DNA of 64,000 nucleotides from Eubacteriales bacterium. Lineage in GTDB: Bacteria; Bacillota; Clostridia; Oscillospirales; CAG-272. Within the stretch, counting starts at the first letter, position 1; every line of letters starts with the position of its first letter. Location of the stretch: positions 12,631-76,630 of the forward strand of contig JAZKYZ010000022.1 of assembly GCA_045612385.1 (NCBI GenBank), written 5' to 3'. A program made the translations under genes and the position numbers. This document shows, in pieces, positions 55,154 through 64,000 of this stretch. Below the pieces are notes generated by a model. The model was not told the DNA's origin. It did no database searches and was given only the letters and a program-made list of their open reading frames with translations.

Positions 55154-55876
55154 TTATTTTGAATTTCGATTTTGATGCGATAGAAGAATTGCTACTTCCT
55201 CCTCGCAAAGTTCTCGCCACTCGCCAAGTGCAAGCGTCGGATCAAGGGGAATGGTGGCGAAGCGAATGCGTTTCAAAGTGACAATGCGATTGTCAAGGGC
55301 TTCCATCATTCGTTTGATTTCGTGATACTTTCCTTCCGTCAGGACAATCACGCCACCCATACGGTCGGCATCAGCCACAAGACGAGCGCTCTTACATCTT
55401 TCTCCACCATCAATAACGATTCCTTCAAGAAGTTTCTCCTCTGCTTGTGGCGCAAGGGGGACTTGTGTGGTGAAGCGATACTCCTTTTCCACGTGATGCT
55501 TCGGGGAGAGAAGGTCGTGGGCGAGGGTGCCGTTATTGGTGAGAATCATCAAACCTGTGGTATCACGGTCAAGACGTCCGACAGGGAAAAGCCCCATTTT
55601 CTGATGCTCTGGGGAAAGCAACTCCAGAACGTACGGCAGACGTGTATCTTCTGTGGCGCTCACATAGCCTGTCGGCTTATTCAGCATTACGTATGTAAAT
55701 GCCTGATAGCGAAGCGCTCTGCCAAGATAGGTAATGGTGCTATTTTCGGGATCAATATGCTTTGAGGGGTCTTTGATGACAATGCCATCCACAAGGATGC
55801 CACCACTTTTAGCCACCTTAGCAATCTCGCGACGCGAGGCAATGCCCATAGAAGATATGATTTTATCAATACGCAA
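55154..55876 (-). CDS. RsuA/RluB-family pseudouridine synthase
   Basis: N-terminal S4 domain (RIDKIISSMGIASRREI) and catalytic GRLDRDTTGL. The likely start is the TTG at 55876 after AAAGGAGA; the track ORF extends to 55921. Confidence 0.85.
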   Translation of the reverse strand: MRIDKIISSMGIASRREIAKVAKSGGILVDGIVIKDPSKHIDPENSTITYLGRALRYQAFTYVMLNKPTGYVSATEDTRLPYVLELLSPEHQKMGLFPVGRLDRDTTGLMILTNNGTLAHDLLSPKHHVEKEYRFTTQVPLAPQAEEKLLEGIVIDGGERCKSARLVADADRMGGVIVLTEGKYHEIKRMMEALDNRIVTLKRIRFATIPLDPTLALGEWRELCEEEVAILLSHQNRNSK

Positions 55877-56087
55877 AGCACATTCTCCTTTCCCCAAATT
55901 TTCCTTTATATATTCTAACACAAAATTATATATTTGTAAAGGGAATTCATAAAATATTTTATATTTTTTTATTTAATCATATTCACTAAACACGACACGA
56001 ATTTATGCAGATTTTGGCAAGGATAAAGTGGTGTGGAAAGGAAAAAATACGCCTTGAAACCCATAAAAACACACAGAGGAGATTGTT

Positions 56088-57419
56088 ATGAAAAAACTGG
56101 GAATATTACTCTCTTTGTTGACTCTTCTTTTTTTCGCCACATTTTTTGTCGGTTGCAAAAAGGAAGAAGGCGACAGCATTCGTTTTCTGAATTTCAAACC
56201 GGAAATTGCAGAACGCTACAAAGAACTATCGGAAATTTATTATAAGGAAACGGGCGTACGTGTCATTGTAGATACAGCGGCGTCCGGCACGTATGAACAG
56301 ACGCTTGCATCCAAAATGTCCACTGGGGAGCGCCCTGTGATTTTCCAAGTGAACGGACCACGTGGCTATCAGAACTGGAAGGATTACTGCGCAGATCTTT
56401 CAAAAACACAACTTTACAGCATACTCAGCGACAAATCTCTTGCGCTGAAGGACGGCAATGCCGTTGTCGGCATTCCTTATGTTGTAGAAGGCTACGGCAT
56501 TATATACAACAAGGCATTGACAGACAAGTATTTTGCACTTCCAAACAGGCAGAAAAATGTCAATTCTATGGTAGAAATCAAAGATTTTGTCACATTAAAG
56601 ACGGTTGTAGAGGATATGACAAAGCATAAGAGTGAACTTGGGATTGACGGTGTTTTTGCAACAACCTCCCTCAAAAGTGGCGAGGACTGGCGATATAACA
56701 CACATCTATTCAACATTCCTCTGAGCTACGAATTTGAGGATCGAGAACTTGACCTTAGCAAGGAGGGTGCGCTTGACACCATTCTTTTCTCTCACGAAGG
56801 AGAAATGAAAAACATTTTCGATCTTTATATTAACAACTCGGTGAGCGAAAAGGGTATGCTCGGAACCAAGACCGTCAGTGATTCTATGGCAGAATTTGCT
56901 CTGGAAAAATGCGTAATGGTACAAAACGGCAACTGGGCTTGGGCGCAAATTGCGAACGTCGACGGCAACCGTGTTAAGGCAGAGAATGTTGCCTTTCTTC
57001 CGATTTATACAGGAGCGAAGGGTGAGGAAAATCGTGGACTCGCCATAGGTACGGAAAACTATATTTGTATTAACGACAAGGCGAGCGAAAAGGAACGTGA
57101 GCTGGCTGCCGATTTTCTCTACTGGCTCTTCTCCTCCGATACAGGAAAAAAATATGTAACTGACTATTTCGGCTTCATCTCCCCCTTCTCTACCTTCAAG
57201 GATGACGAATTGCCGAAGGATCCTCTCGCCAAAGAGGTCATCCGATACACGAAAATGGAGAACACGACAAGTGTTCCCTGGAATTTCACGCTTTTCCCCT
57301 CGCAGGCATTCAAGGATGCTTTGGGCGCCTCTTTGCTTCGTTATGCTCAAGGAGCGAAGGAGTGGTCTGCCGTAGTTTCTGACACGGTGAAAAAGTGGGA
57401 GAGTGAGATGAAGCAATGA
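56088..57419 (+). CDS. ABC transporter substrate-binding lipoprotein (sugar, CUT1-like)
   Basis: Signal peptide with lipobox FFVGC; size and context match a sugar-binding protein, with two permeases downstream. Confidence 0.8.
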   Translation: MKKLGILLSLLTLLFFATFFVGCKKEEGDSIRFLNFKPEIAERYKELSEIYYKETGVRVIVDTAASGTYEQTLASKMSTGERPVIFQVNGPRGYQNWKDYCADLSKTQLYSILSDKSLALKDGNAVVGIPYVVEGYGIIYNKALTDKYFALPNRQKNVNSMVEIKDFVTLKTVVEDMTKHKSELGIDGVFATTSLKSGEDWRYNTHLFNIPLSYEFEDRELDLSKEGALDTILFSHEGEMKNIFDLYINNSVSEKGMLGTKTVSDSMAEFALEKCVMVQNGNWAWAQIANVDGNRVKAENVAFLPIYTGAKGEENRGLAIGTENYICINDKASEKERELAADFLYWLFSSDTGKKYVTDYFGFISPFSTFKDDELPKDPLAKEVIRYTKMENTTSVPWNFTLFPSQAFKDALGASLLRYAQGAKEWSAVVSDTVKKWESEMKQ

Positions 57420-58303
57420 CACGTTCAGAACGGAGAAGGTTCTTCCCTGTTTTCGTCTTACCGACCTTACTTTGCTACACGTTGCTCTTTCTCGTCCCTC
57501 TCGCACTCGGTATCTACCTCTCCTTCTGCCGTTTTTCGACAGTAGAGAATGCGACATTTGTCGGCCTTAAGAACTATATTCAGGTCTTTTCCTCAGGGGA
57601 CGGTTTTCTTCGTTCAATGCTATTTGGCTTGTTCTTTGCCCTGATGTCGGTGATATGTGTTAATCTGGTGGCGCTCGCCCTCGCCCTGCTCCTTACAAGA
57701 AAGGTGCGAGGGAGTGGCGTGTTTCGTTCGGTGTTCTTTATGCCCAACCTGATCGGTGGTATCGTGCTTGGTTATGTCTGGAATTTGTTAGTGAATGGTA
57801 TTCTATCCAATTTCGGTGTCGACATCACCTATCACGCCTCCTACGGTTTTTTGGGACTTCTCACGCTGAATATCTGGCAACTCGGTGGATATATGGCAGT
57901 GATTTATATTGCGGCGCTGTTAGCAGTACCGAAGGAAACACTGGAGGCCTCCACCATTGACGGCGCTTCCCCTTGGCAAACGCTCTTATTTGTGAAGTTG
58001 CCACTGATTCTCCCCTCTATTGTGATTTGCGCATTTCTGACCTTCACAAATGCCTTTAAGATGTTCGACCAGAACCTTGCCCTGACCGGTGGCGCTCCTG
58101 AGGGAGAAACAATGCTCCCAGCGCTCAACATCTTTAACACATTTTATGGCAAAGTGGGAGCGCAGGGAGTAGGACAAGCAAAGGCTGTCATTTTCCTGAT
58201 TGTGGTCGCACTCTGCTCTTCCCTGCAATTTATCAAAAGAAAGGAAAAAGGTGAAAATGCAAAGAAAAATGCACTCGCGAGCACGCTTCCTTTCAAAAAA
58301 TAA
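57416..58303 (+). CDS. sugar ABC transporter permease (MalF-like)
   Basis: 6 TM and an EAA-like loop (EASTIDGASPWQTLLFVKLPL). Confidence 0.85.
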   Translation: MTRSERRRFFPVFVLPTLLCYTLLFLVPLALGIYLSFCRFSTVENATFVGLKNYIQVFSSGDGFLRSMLFGLFFALMSVICVNLVALALALLLTRKVRGSGVFRSVFFMPNLIGGIVLGYVWNLLVNGILSNFGVDITYHASYGFLGLLTLNIWQLGGYMAVIYIAALLAVPKETLEASTIDGASPWQTLLFVKLPLILPSIVICAFLTFTNAFKMFDQNLALTGGAPEGETMLPALNIFNTFYGKVGAQGVGQAKAVIFLIVVALCSSLQFIKRKEKGENAKKNALASTLPFKK

Positions 58304-59123
58304 GGAAGAAGTCCTGACGCTATCCCTTCTCATTCCTCTCGCGCTTCTCTTCCTTTTTCCGATATTCCTCGTCTTTTACAACTCCTTGAAGGGCTCGATT
58401 TATATTTCCAACGAGCCCTTTGCCCTCCCAACAAAGGAAAGTTTTGTCGGACTGACAAACTACCTGACGGGACTTAGGCAATCGGGATTTTTCGGAGCTT
58501 TGTGGCGTTCCTTCTTTATCACAGTGGCTTCGGTTTTTCTTCTTGCTTTGTGTAGCGCAATGTGCGCGTGGTTCCTTTATCGGATGAAAAGCACCCTCTC
58601 CAAAGTCATTCTCGTTACGCTTATTGTAGGTATGGTGGTCCCCTTTCAGATGGTGATGTATACGACGACCTTTATTACAGAAAGACTCGGTCTTTCCAAC
58701 GTGCTGGGTATGCCTCTTTTATATCTCGCCTTCGGCGCCAGCCTATCGGTTTTTATTCTTTCTGGCTTTGTGCGTGGCATACCACACGCTGTGGAGGAGG
58801 CGGCGACAATAGATGGCTGTGGAATTTTTCGTATGTTTTTTGGGGTAGTGCTCCCCCTGCTCACTCCTGCCATTATTACAGTTTCCGTACTCAACGCTAT
58901 GTGGATATGGAATGACTATCTCTTGCCCTATCTTGTGCTTGGATCCGATAAGCGAACCATCCCCGTAGCCATACAGCTTTCTATGACGGGCGCCTATGGT
59001 TCTACCAATCTCGGAGGGCTTATGGCAATGCTTATTTTCTCAATGATTCCGATTGTTGTGTTTTATATCTTCTCTCAAAAGTATATCATCAGTGGCGTTA
59101 GTCAAGGGGCAGTTAAGGGGTAA
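58257..59123 (+). CDS. sugar ABC transporter permease (MalG-like)
   Basis: EAA loop EEAATIDGCGIFRMFFGVVLPL. The ATG at 58257 follows AAAGGTGA and overlaps the upstream gene. Confidence 0.85.
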   Translation: MQRKMHSRARFLSKNKEEVLTLSLLIPLALLFLFPIFLVFYNSLKGSIYISNEPFALPTKESFVGLTNYLTGLRQSGFFGALWRSFFITVASVFLLALCSAMCAWFLYRMKSTLSKVILVTLIVGMVVPFQMVMYTTTFITERLGLSNVLGMPLLYLAFGASLSVFILSGFVRGIPHAVEEAATIDGCGIFRMFFGVVLPLLTPAIITVSVLNAMWIWNDYLLPYLVLGSDKRTIPVAIQLSMTGAYGSTNLGGLMAMLIFSMIPIVVFYIFSQKYIISGVSQGAVKG

Positions 59124-59167
59124 TTTGAATATAATTGTTTACAAATTTATCGTTATTTCAGGATTTT

Positions 59168-59211
59168 TCGCAGAGTGTGTCCAAACAGGTCGCACCCTGC
59201 GATTGTTTTTT
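59168..59211 (+). terminator. intrinsic terminator after ABC operon
   Basis: TCGCAGAGTGTG...CGCACCCTGCGA stem followed by TTGTTTTTT. Confidence 0.7.
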
Positions 59212-59310
59212 CAAAGAGGTATTTCCCATTTTCCATTTTTGTTTTTCTCATACCTGAAAACGCCTGTTTCATTTTTATTTAAAAAATGGGAGGAATTTTC
59301 AAAAAACCTC

Positions 59311-59339
59311 TTGACATTTTGAAAATAAAGTTATATAAT
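59311..59339 (+). promoter_or_regulatory. consensus promoter for yceD-rpmF
   Basis: TTGACA (59311-16), 17-nt spacer, TATAAT (59334-39). Confidence 0.75.
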
Positions 59340-59421
59340 AATGTGTACGAATTTGGTGGTATAGCCTAAACTATGCCCAAATGCGAAAAAGTCATTTCAT
59401 CATTGACAGGGAGGATATTTC

Positions 59422-59964
59422 GTGAAGTTGGATCTCAGACCGCTTTTAGCGGGCGAACGCTATTTGAGTTTTGATTACGAACTGCCACTGGATATCTCAC
59501 CCGAAGATTCTTACAGTTTCCTTCAAGGAACACGTTTTCCTTCTCCCGTGAAGGTTAGCGGTGATATCACCAACACTGCAGGATATATGAGAATGGTGCT
59601 TACCCTTTCGGTGGAATATGAAACCGAATGTGGTCGTTGCCTTGCTCCGGTATCTGGCAGTTTCACCCTTGACCTTGAGAAAACGGTTGCTCCAAGAACG
59701 TTACTGGAGGATCTTACAGAGGACAGACTGGATGAGTACGCAATTATCGAGGATGGTTTTCTCGATATGGACACACAACTGATGGAGCAACTCGAAATGG
59801 AGTTTCCCGTTCGCTTTTTGTGCCACGAGGATTGCAAGGGTCTGTGCCAGAGATGCGGAAAGAATTTGAATGAAGGCGCGTGTGGTTGTGTCGAAAGAGA
59901 AATTGACCCAAGACTTGCTCCTCTGCAAAAAATTCTTGACCAAATGAATGAAGAAAATAAATAA
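59422..59964 (+). CDS. yceD: YceD family (DUF177) protein
   Basis: CHEDCKGLCQRCGKNLNEGACGC motif; GTG start after GGAGGA; upstream of rpmF. Confidence 0.85.
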   Translation: MKLDLRPLLAGERYLSFDYELPLDISPEDSYSFLQGTRFPSPVKVSGDITNTAGYMRMVLTLSVEYETECGRCLAPVSGSFTLDLEKTVAPRTLLEDLTEDRLDEYAIIEDGFLDMDTQLMEQLEMEFPVRFLCHEDCKGLCQRCGKNLNEGACGCVEREIDPRLAPLQKILDQMNEENK

Positions 59965-60009
59965 TTATACAGAACGACGTGATGTTGTTCATCCAAGGAG
60001 GAAAGAAAA

Positions 60010-60195
60010 ATGGCAGTACCAAAGAGAAAAACATCTCATTCGAGAAAAATGAAGAGACGCTCCAGTGTTTGGAGACTTGAAAACCCCACCAACATCGTGA
60101 AATGCCCCCAGTGCGGTGAATACAACCGTGCTTACCGTGTTTGCAAATCCTGCGGTTTCTACAAGGGCGTTAAGGTTCTTGATGTTGAGGCATAA
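60010..60195 (+). CDS. rpmF: 50S ribosomal protein L32
   Basis: MAVPKRKTSHSRKMKRRS and CPQCGE..CKSCG motifs. Confidence 0.95.
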   Translation: MAVPKRKTSHSRKMKRRSSVWRLENPTNIVKCPQCGEYNRAYRVCKSCGFYKGVKVLDVEA

Positions 60196-60221
60196 GTTCA
60201 AAGTTGTCATTTGAACAAAAG

Positions 60222-60252
60222 AAAAAGGAGTACGGACGCGTACTCCTTTTTC
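60222..60252. terminator. bidirectional terminator
   Basis: AAAAAGGAGTACG-GACG-CGTACTCCTTTTT. Confidence 0.85.
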
Positions 60253-60382
60253 TTTTGCTTGAGATTTCTTTTCTTCCTTTTGATAAAAAGGAAACGAGAG
60301 AACTTTATGGATTTTCTCTTTTTTCGGGTGCATCGGCTTGGGAAGATTAAAAAAACGTGTGATTTTATGCTGAATGGCGCTT

Positions 60383-61036
60383 CTATTCCACCAATACAGA
60401 GGGGATGTCAGCGACAGAATGGACGAAGGTATCAAAGCCTGCGCCCTCTACTTCTTCCAGGGAACCGTAGCCATAGGTGACACCAATCGAATGGATGCCT
60501 GTTTGATGTGCGCCGTCGGCATCAAAGTGACGGTCGCCAACAATGACAGTGCGCTCACGAAGGATTTTGGGATAGTGCGCAAGAACGTACTCAATAACCT
60601 CCCATTTTTTATCTCTGGTTTTATCGGTATCTGCTGCGCCGAGAAAATCAATGAAGGGAGTGATACCAAAAAGGTCACAGATAGGCTTTGCATAGACCAT
60701 CGGCTTGCTTGTAGCGAGCGCCACAATAAAGCCCATTTCCTTTACCTTTTTGAGCATCGGAAGTATCCCTTCGTAGGGAATGTTATCGTTCCAGCCACGC
60801 TCACCAAAATAATCGTGAAAGTGGTCGAGCGCAAGGTCGCATTCCTCATTGGAAAAACCAAATTCTTCAATCCACGTATCATAAAGTGGGGGGCCGATAA
60901 AACGACGGAGAGATTCATAGCTTCCATAATCTACTCCCATTTTTTCAAGGGCATAGTGAAAGGACTTCATCAATCCTGCGCCAGGATCGGTCAGAGTGCC
61001 GTCGAGGTCAAAAAGGACAAGATCGTATTTATTCAT
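60383..61036 (-). CDS. HAD-superfamily hydrolase (phosphoglycolate phosphatase-like)
   Basis: YDLVLFDLDGTLTD motif I, ATSK motif II, and VGDRHFD motif IV. Confidence 0.8.
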   Translation of the reverse strand: MNKYDLVLFDLDGTLTDPGAGLMKSFHYALEKMGVDYGSYESLRRFIGPPLYDTWIEEFGFSNEECDLALDHFHDYFGERGWNDNIPYEGILPMLKKVKEMGFIVALATSKPMVYAKPICDLFGITPFIDFLGAADTDKTRDKKWEVIEYVLAHYPKILRERTVIVGDRHFDADGAHQTGIHSIGVTYGYGSLEEVEGAGFDTFVHSVADIPSVLVE

Positions 61037-61073
61037 TGTTTACTCCTGTATTTTTTACTTCAGATATTTGCTT

Positions 61074-61538
61074 TTATAAAAGGGCGTCAGCCTCATCTTC
61101 GTTCAAAACGGTTATGCCATCGGAAAGAAGCGCATCCACAAGAACACCATTACCGTCAGTGAGCGTACCTGTGTGCGTGCCATCATATATCTTTCCCTTG
61201 CCACAAGCAGGACTTTTGGCTTTGGTCAGGGCGATTTTAATGTCGAGAGTGTGACAAAGGGAAAGTCCGAGTGTCGCGCCAAGAGAATATTCTTTGGTAA
61301 CATCTCTGCCATCCTTCCCAAGCACTCGATCACCGACGCGCTCGGAGGGAATGCGAGGGGTGGGAAGTCCTCCGTAGATTTCAGGGCAGTACGGAACAAG
61401 GGTATATCTCTCCTCAAGGAGAGGAAGGAATGCAGAAAGCGTCAAGGCATCCTTGCCAAATACACCCTCTTTTCTTTTGCCATCATAACGGCACGGAATG
61501 CCGAGAAGGCAAGCGCTGATTAAAAGTGCTTTTTTCAT
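61074..61538 (-). CDS. DUF523 domain protein
   Basis: ISACLLGIPCRYDG N-terminal signature. Confidence 0.75.
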   Translation of the reverse strand: MKKALLISACLLGIPCRYDGKRKEGVFGKDALTLSAFLPLLEERYTLVPYCPEIYGGLPTPRIPSERVGDRVLGKDGRDVTKEYSLGATLGLSLCHTLDIKIALTKAKSPACGKGKIYDGTHTGTLTDGNGVLVDALLSDGITVLNEDEADALL

Positions 61539-61577
61539 TTTATAATCCTTTTTATTTATTTTGACTTTATAGTAGCA

Positions 61578-63008
61578 TTAAATGGAAACAAATGTTTGCA
61601 TTTTTATAATTTCGTTCTTGATATCGGTAAGGTCACCTGCGCCCATAAGGACAATGGGACAATTCTCATTTTCCATTTCCGACACACAATTCTCCACAGA
61701 CGAAAAGAGAGAAGCACGCTTACCGATCGCCTCTGCGAATGCGAGGCTTGTGATCCCTTCTATGGGAGCCTCTCTTGCTGCTGTGATGGGACAGAGATAG
61801 ACTCGTCTTGCCAAAGAGAAGGCTCTCACAAACTCACTCCAGAGGTCACGTGTACGCGAATAGGTATGTGGGGCAAAAATGACAACAGGGGGCTCTCCAT
61901 AACGTTCAGCAATGGTGGAAAGCGTCGCGCGAATTTCCGTCGGATGGTGCGCAAAATCGTAGTAAAGAGGATGCAAAGCAAGTGTACCAAGCCGTTCCAA
62001 GCGTCGCGCAATGGGAGGAAGCGAGGAGATAATATCTGCGCACTTTTGAACATCGTAGCCGAGATGCGTGAGCAGTGTCAGGGTGGCGAGGGTATTGTAT
62101 ATACCAACCTCTCCCTCAATGGTGGGGGTGATTGTTGCTTTCAGTTTTCCGTTATGATAGAAGGCATACGTACGCTTTCCCTTCGCGCCGTCCACCTTTA
62201 CGCCATAATACTCGCCTTTCTCACCTTCCTGCGAAAACTCCTCATAAAGGTAATAGGGGATGGCACAATCAGGCAGGTCATCTTTGATGGCAGATAAGCC
62301 GTTATCAAAAGCAAAATACAAAACTACATCTGCTAATTTAGAAAAATCTATAAAAGATGCTTGCAATGCCGAAAGATTTGGGAAAAAGTCGGTGTGGTCG
62401 AGGTCTAAATTTAAAATCAAGGAATGCGTAGGGGATGTGTAGAGAAAGGAATTCTGATATTCGCAACACTCATAGAGGAAAATATGTCCATCCCCGAGCG
62501 TGAATGGCCCCACTCCATCTCCAAGATCGGCGCCTGAAAGTGTCGTGGGATGCTCCCCCAAAGCAATCAACGTCCGGTGGACGAGGGAGGTCACTGTACT
62601 TTTTCCATGTGCGCCAGCTACGGCAATACGTATGGGGAAATCGAGCATCAAAGCGCCGAGCAACTGCGCTCTTGAGCAATGAGGAATGTCCTCTCGGATC
62701 AGTGGATGTCCTGTCGGAATCGCTAAGGAGTAAACCGTAAGGGCAACATTGGAAAGATGCCCCTCCAAAACATTGTCAAATACGGCAATGCCCTCCGAGC
62801 GTAGGCGCTGATATTCTCCCTCTCGGGAGGCGTCATAGCCGAGCACTAAATGTCCCTCTTTATGGAGCATCCGAGCGAGAGCGCTCATTCCCGTACCACA
62901 AATTCCAAGAAAGAGAATAATTTTCTTTCCTTTGGCATATAGTAAAGTGTCACGTATTTCAGTAGGTGTGATTTTTGAGTGAAACATATCTCCTGTTCGT
63001 GTGTTCAT
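61578..63008 (-). CDS. murC: Mur ligase, UDP-N-acetylmuramate--L-alanine ligase-like
   Basis: FLGICGTGMSALARML N-terminal Rossmann fold and GAHGKSTVTSL P-loop. I cannot exclude an Mpl-type ligase. Confidence 0.65.
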   Translation of the reverse strand: MNTRTGDMFHSKITPTEIRDTLLYAKGKKIILFLGICGTGMSALARMLHKEGHLVLGYDASREGEYQRLRSEGIAVFDNVLEGHLSNVALTVYSLAIPTGHPLIREDIPHCSRAQLLGALMLDFPIRIAVAGAHGKSTVTSLVHRTLIALGEHPTTLSGADLGDGVGPFTLGDGHIFLYECCEYQNSFLYTSPTHSLILNLDLDHTDFFPNLSALQASFIDFSKLADVVLYFAFDNGLSAIKDDLPDCAIPYYLYEEFSQEGEKGEYYGVKVDGAKGKRTYAFYHNGKLKATITPTIEGEVGIYNTLATLTLLTHLGYDVQKCADIISSLPPIARRLERLGTLALHPLYYDFAHHPTEIRATLSTIAERYGEPPVVIFAPHTYSRTRDLWSEFVRAFSLARRVYLCPITAAREAPIEGITSLAFAEAIGKRASLFSSVENCVSEMENENCPIVLMGAGDLTDIKNEIIKMQTFVSI

Positions 63009-63156
63009 TATTCGTTCATATTAAATTTTCACTCTTCTAACAAAAACTTAAACAATTATCTGTATTCCGCTTGTATATTTTTCACACTTTTTATGTATAA
63101 TATATGAAGTTAATATCCAAATGATGACAAGTCAGGAAGGGAAAGGAAAAAGCTCA

Positions 63157-63450
63157 ATGCAAATTACCGACATTAAAATCAGAAAGTTTTTCGACGAAGG
63201 ACCTATGAAAGCGATTGTTTCGGTGACCTTTAATGACTGTCTCGCTGTTCATGACATCAAAGTAATTTACGCCAGAGACCGTTATTTTATAGTCATGCCC
63301 TCTCGCAAAAACCCAGACGGTTCATATCGCGATATCGTTCATCCGATTAACGCTTCGTTCCGAGAAGAACTTGAAAATGCCGTCATTGATGCTTACCACG
63401 TTCAACTGGTAGCGCAAGAACATGACGAAGCGCAAGCAAGCGTACTTTAA
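63157..63450 (+). CDS. spoVG: septation protein SpoVG
   Basis: MQITDIKIRKF...MKAIVSVTFNDCLAVHDIKVI...VMPSRKNPDGSYRDIVHPIN. Confidence 0.95.
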   Translation: MQITDIKIRKFFDEGPMKAIVSVTFNDCLAVHDIKVIYARDRYFIVMPSRKNPDGSYRDIVHPINASFREELENAVIDAYHVQLVAQEHDEAQASVL

Positions 63451-63464
63451 TATTATTGTACAAC

Positions 63465-63503
63465 AAAAAGACCTCCGTGTCAAGCGGTGGTCTTTTTGTT
63501 TTT
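63465..63503 (+). terminator. intrinsic terminator
   Basis: GACCTCCG/CGGTGGTC stem followed by TTTTTGTTTTT. Confidence 0.8.
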
Positions 63504-63575
63504 AATTCTTTCGTGTATTTCTTTTTCCTACGGGAAAACTAAAGTGGATAAAAGAATTCTGCAAGGAGCGAGAGA

Positions 63576-64000
63576 ATGAAAATACTGATGATTGGCGAGG
63601 GGATGGATATCGGGGGTTGTGAAACACATATTTATGAGTTGACAAGGGGGCTGATAAACGAGGGACACGAGGTCGTTTTACTCTCTGCCAAAGGTAGGTT
63701 TGCGACATCTTTAGAGGAGCAGGGGGTGAGGGTGGAGTATGCGCCAACAAACAAACGTACCCCCTTCGCGCTGATACGGAGCGCATTCCGTATCCGAAGG
63801 CTTTTGCGCGAGCATTTTGACGTCGTGCATACGCATACAAGAGGGATGAGTACCCTTTTACATTTTCTCAGTAGGGTGGCGCACACAATGACCGTACACC
63901 TCGATTTTTCTGTGGGAAGATGGAGTCGAAAATTGTGCCGTTTCGGAGATAGTACACTTGCTGTCAGCGAGGACATTCGGGACTACTTGATTCGTGAATA
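63576..64000 (+). CDS. glycosyltransferase family 4, N-terminal part (runs off window)
   Basis: My own translation from the ATG at 63576 after AAGGAG gives MKILMIGEGMDIGGCETHIYELTRGL..GHEV..DVVHTHTRG. The frame is open to the window end; this ORF is not in the supplied track. Confidence 0.7.
   Translation, partial: MKILMIGEGMDIGGCETHIYELTRGLINEGHEVVLLSAKGRFATSLEEQGVRVEYAPTNKRTPFALIRSAFRIRRLLREHFDVVHTHTRGMSTLLHFLSRVAHTMTVHLDFSVGRWSRKLCRFGDSTLAVSEDIRDYLIRE

Overview
This window is a Firmicutes/Clostridia-type chromosomal segment; polC, spoVG, ytvI and split transketolase support that placement. It is mostly tightly packed housekeeping genes. These include a complete shikimate operon (aroB-aroC-aroE/K fusion-aroQ-aroA-DAHP synthase), then plsY, tsaE-tsaB-rpiB, and a preQ1-I riboswitch with queT. 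Further on are rplJ-rplL with an L10 leader, hom, an agcS-type symporter, rpmB, ppiB, and a yhaO/yhaN-like nuclease-ATPase pair. A long minus-strand block holds pyrH-frr-uppS-cdsA-dxr-rseP-ispG-polC. The rest comprises split transketolase, rimO-pgsA, tex, a CUT1-type sugar ABC transporter, yceD-rpmF, murC, spoVG and the start of a GT4 glycosyltransferase. Many operons start from perfect TTGACA-N17-TATAAT promoters and end in clear hairpin plus U-tract terminators. I saw no CRISPR array, transposase or integrase. The unusual part is about 19.45-22.52 kb. It holds a stand-alone tRNA-Gln(UUG) with non-canonical features and two 80-nt palindromic pseudo-tRNA repeats that share the tRNA 3' end and trailer. 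It also holds a 3x17-nt tandem repeat. Most notably, a consensus-promoter-driven RNA of about 200 nt has a 76-nt core that is a circularly permuted, acceptor-capped tRNA mimic, the architecture known from bacterial YrlA-type Y RNAs. It lies directly upstream of a 676-aa protein with a TerD-fold C-terminus and an N-terminal helical region carrying Ro60/Rsr (TROVE)-like motifs in conserved order. I interpret this as a candidate Ro/Y-RNA-like RNP module in which TerD replaces the usual vWA domain. All homology statements rest on motif recognition by eye or from memory, not on searches. Start codons were refined by RBS inspection, and transcription start sites are predicted only.
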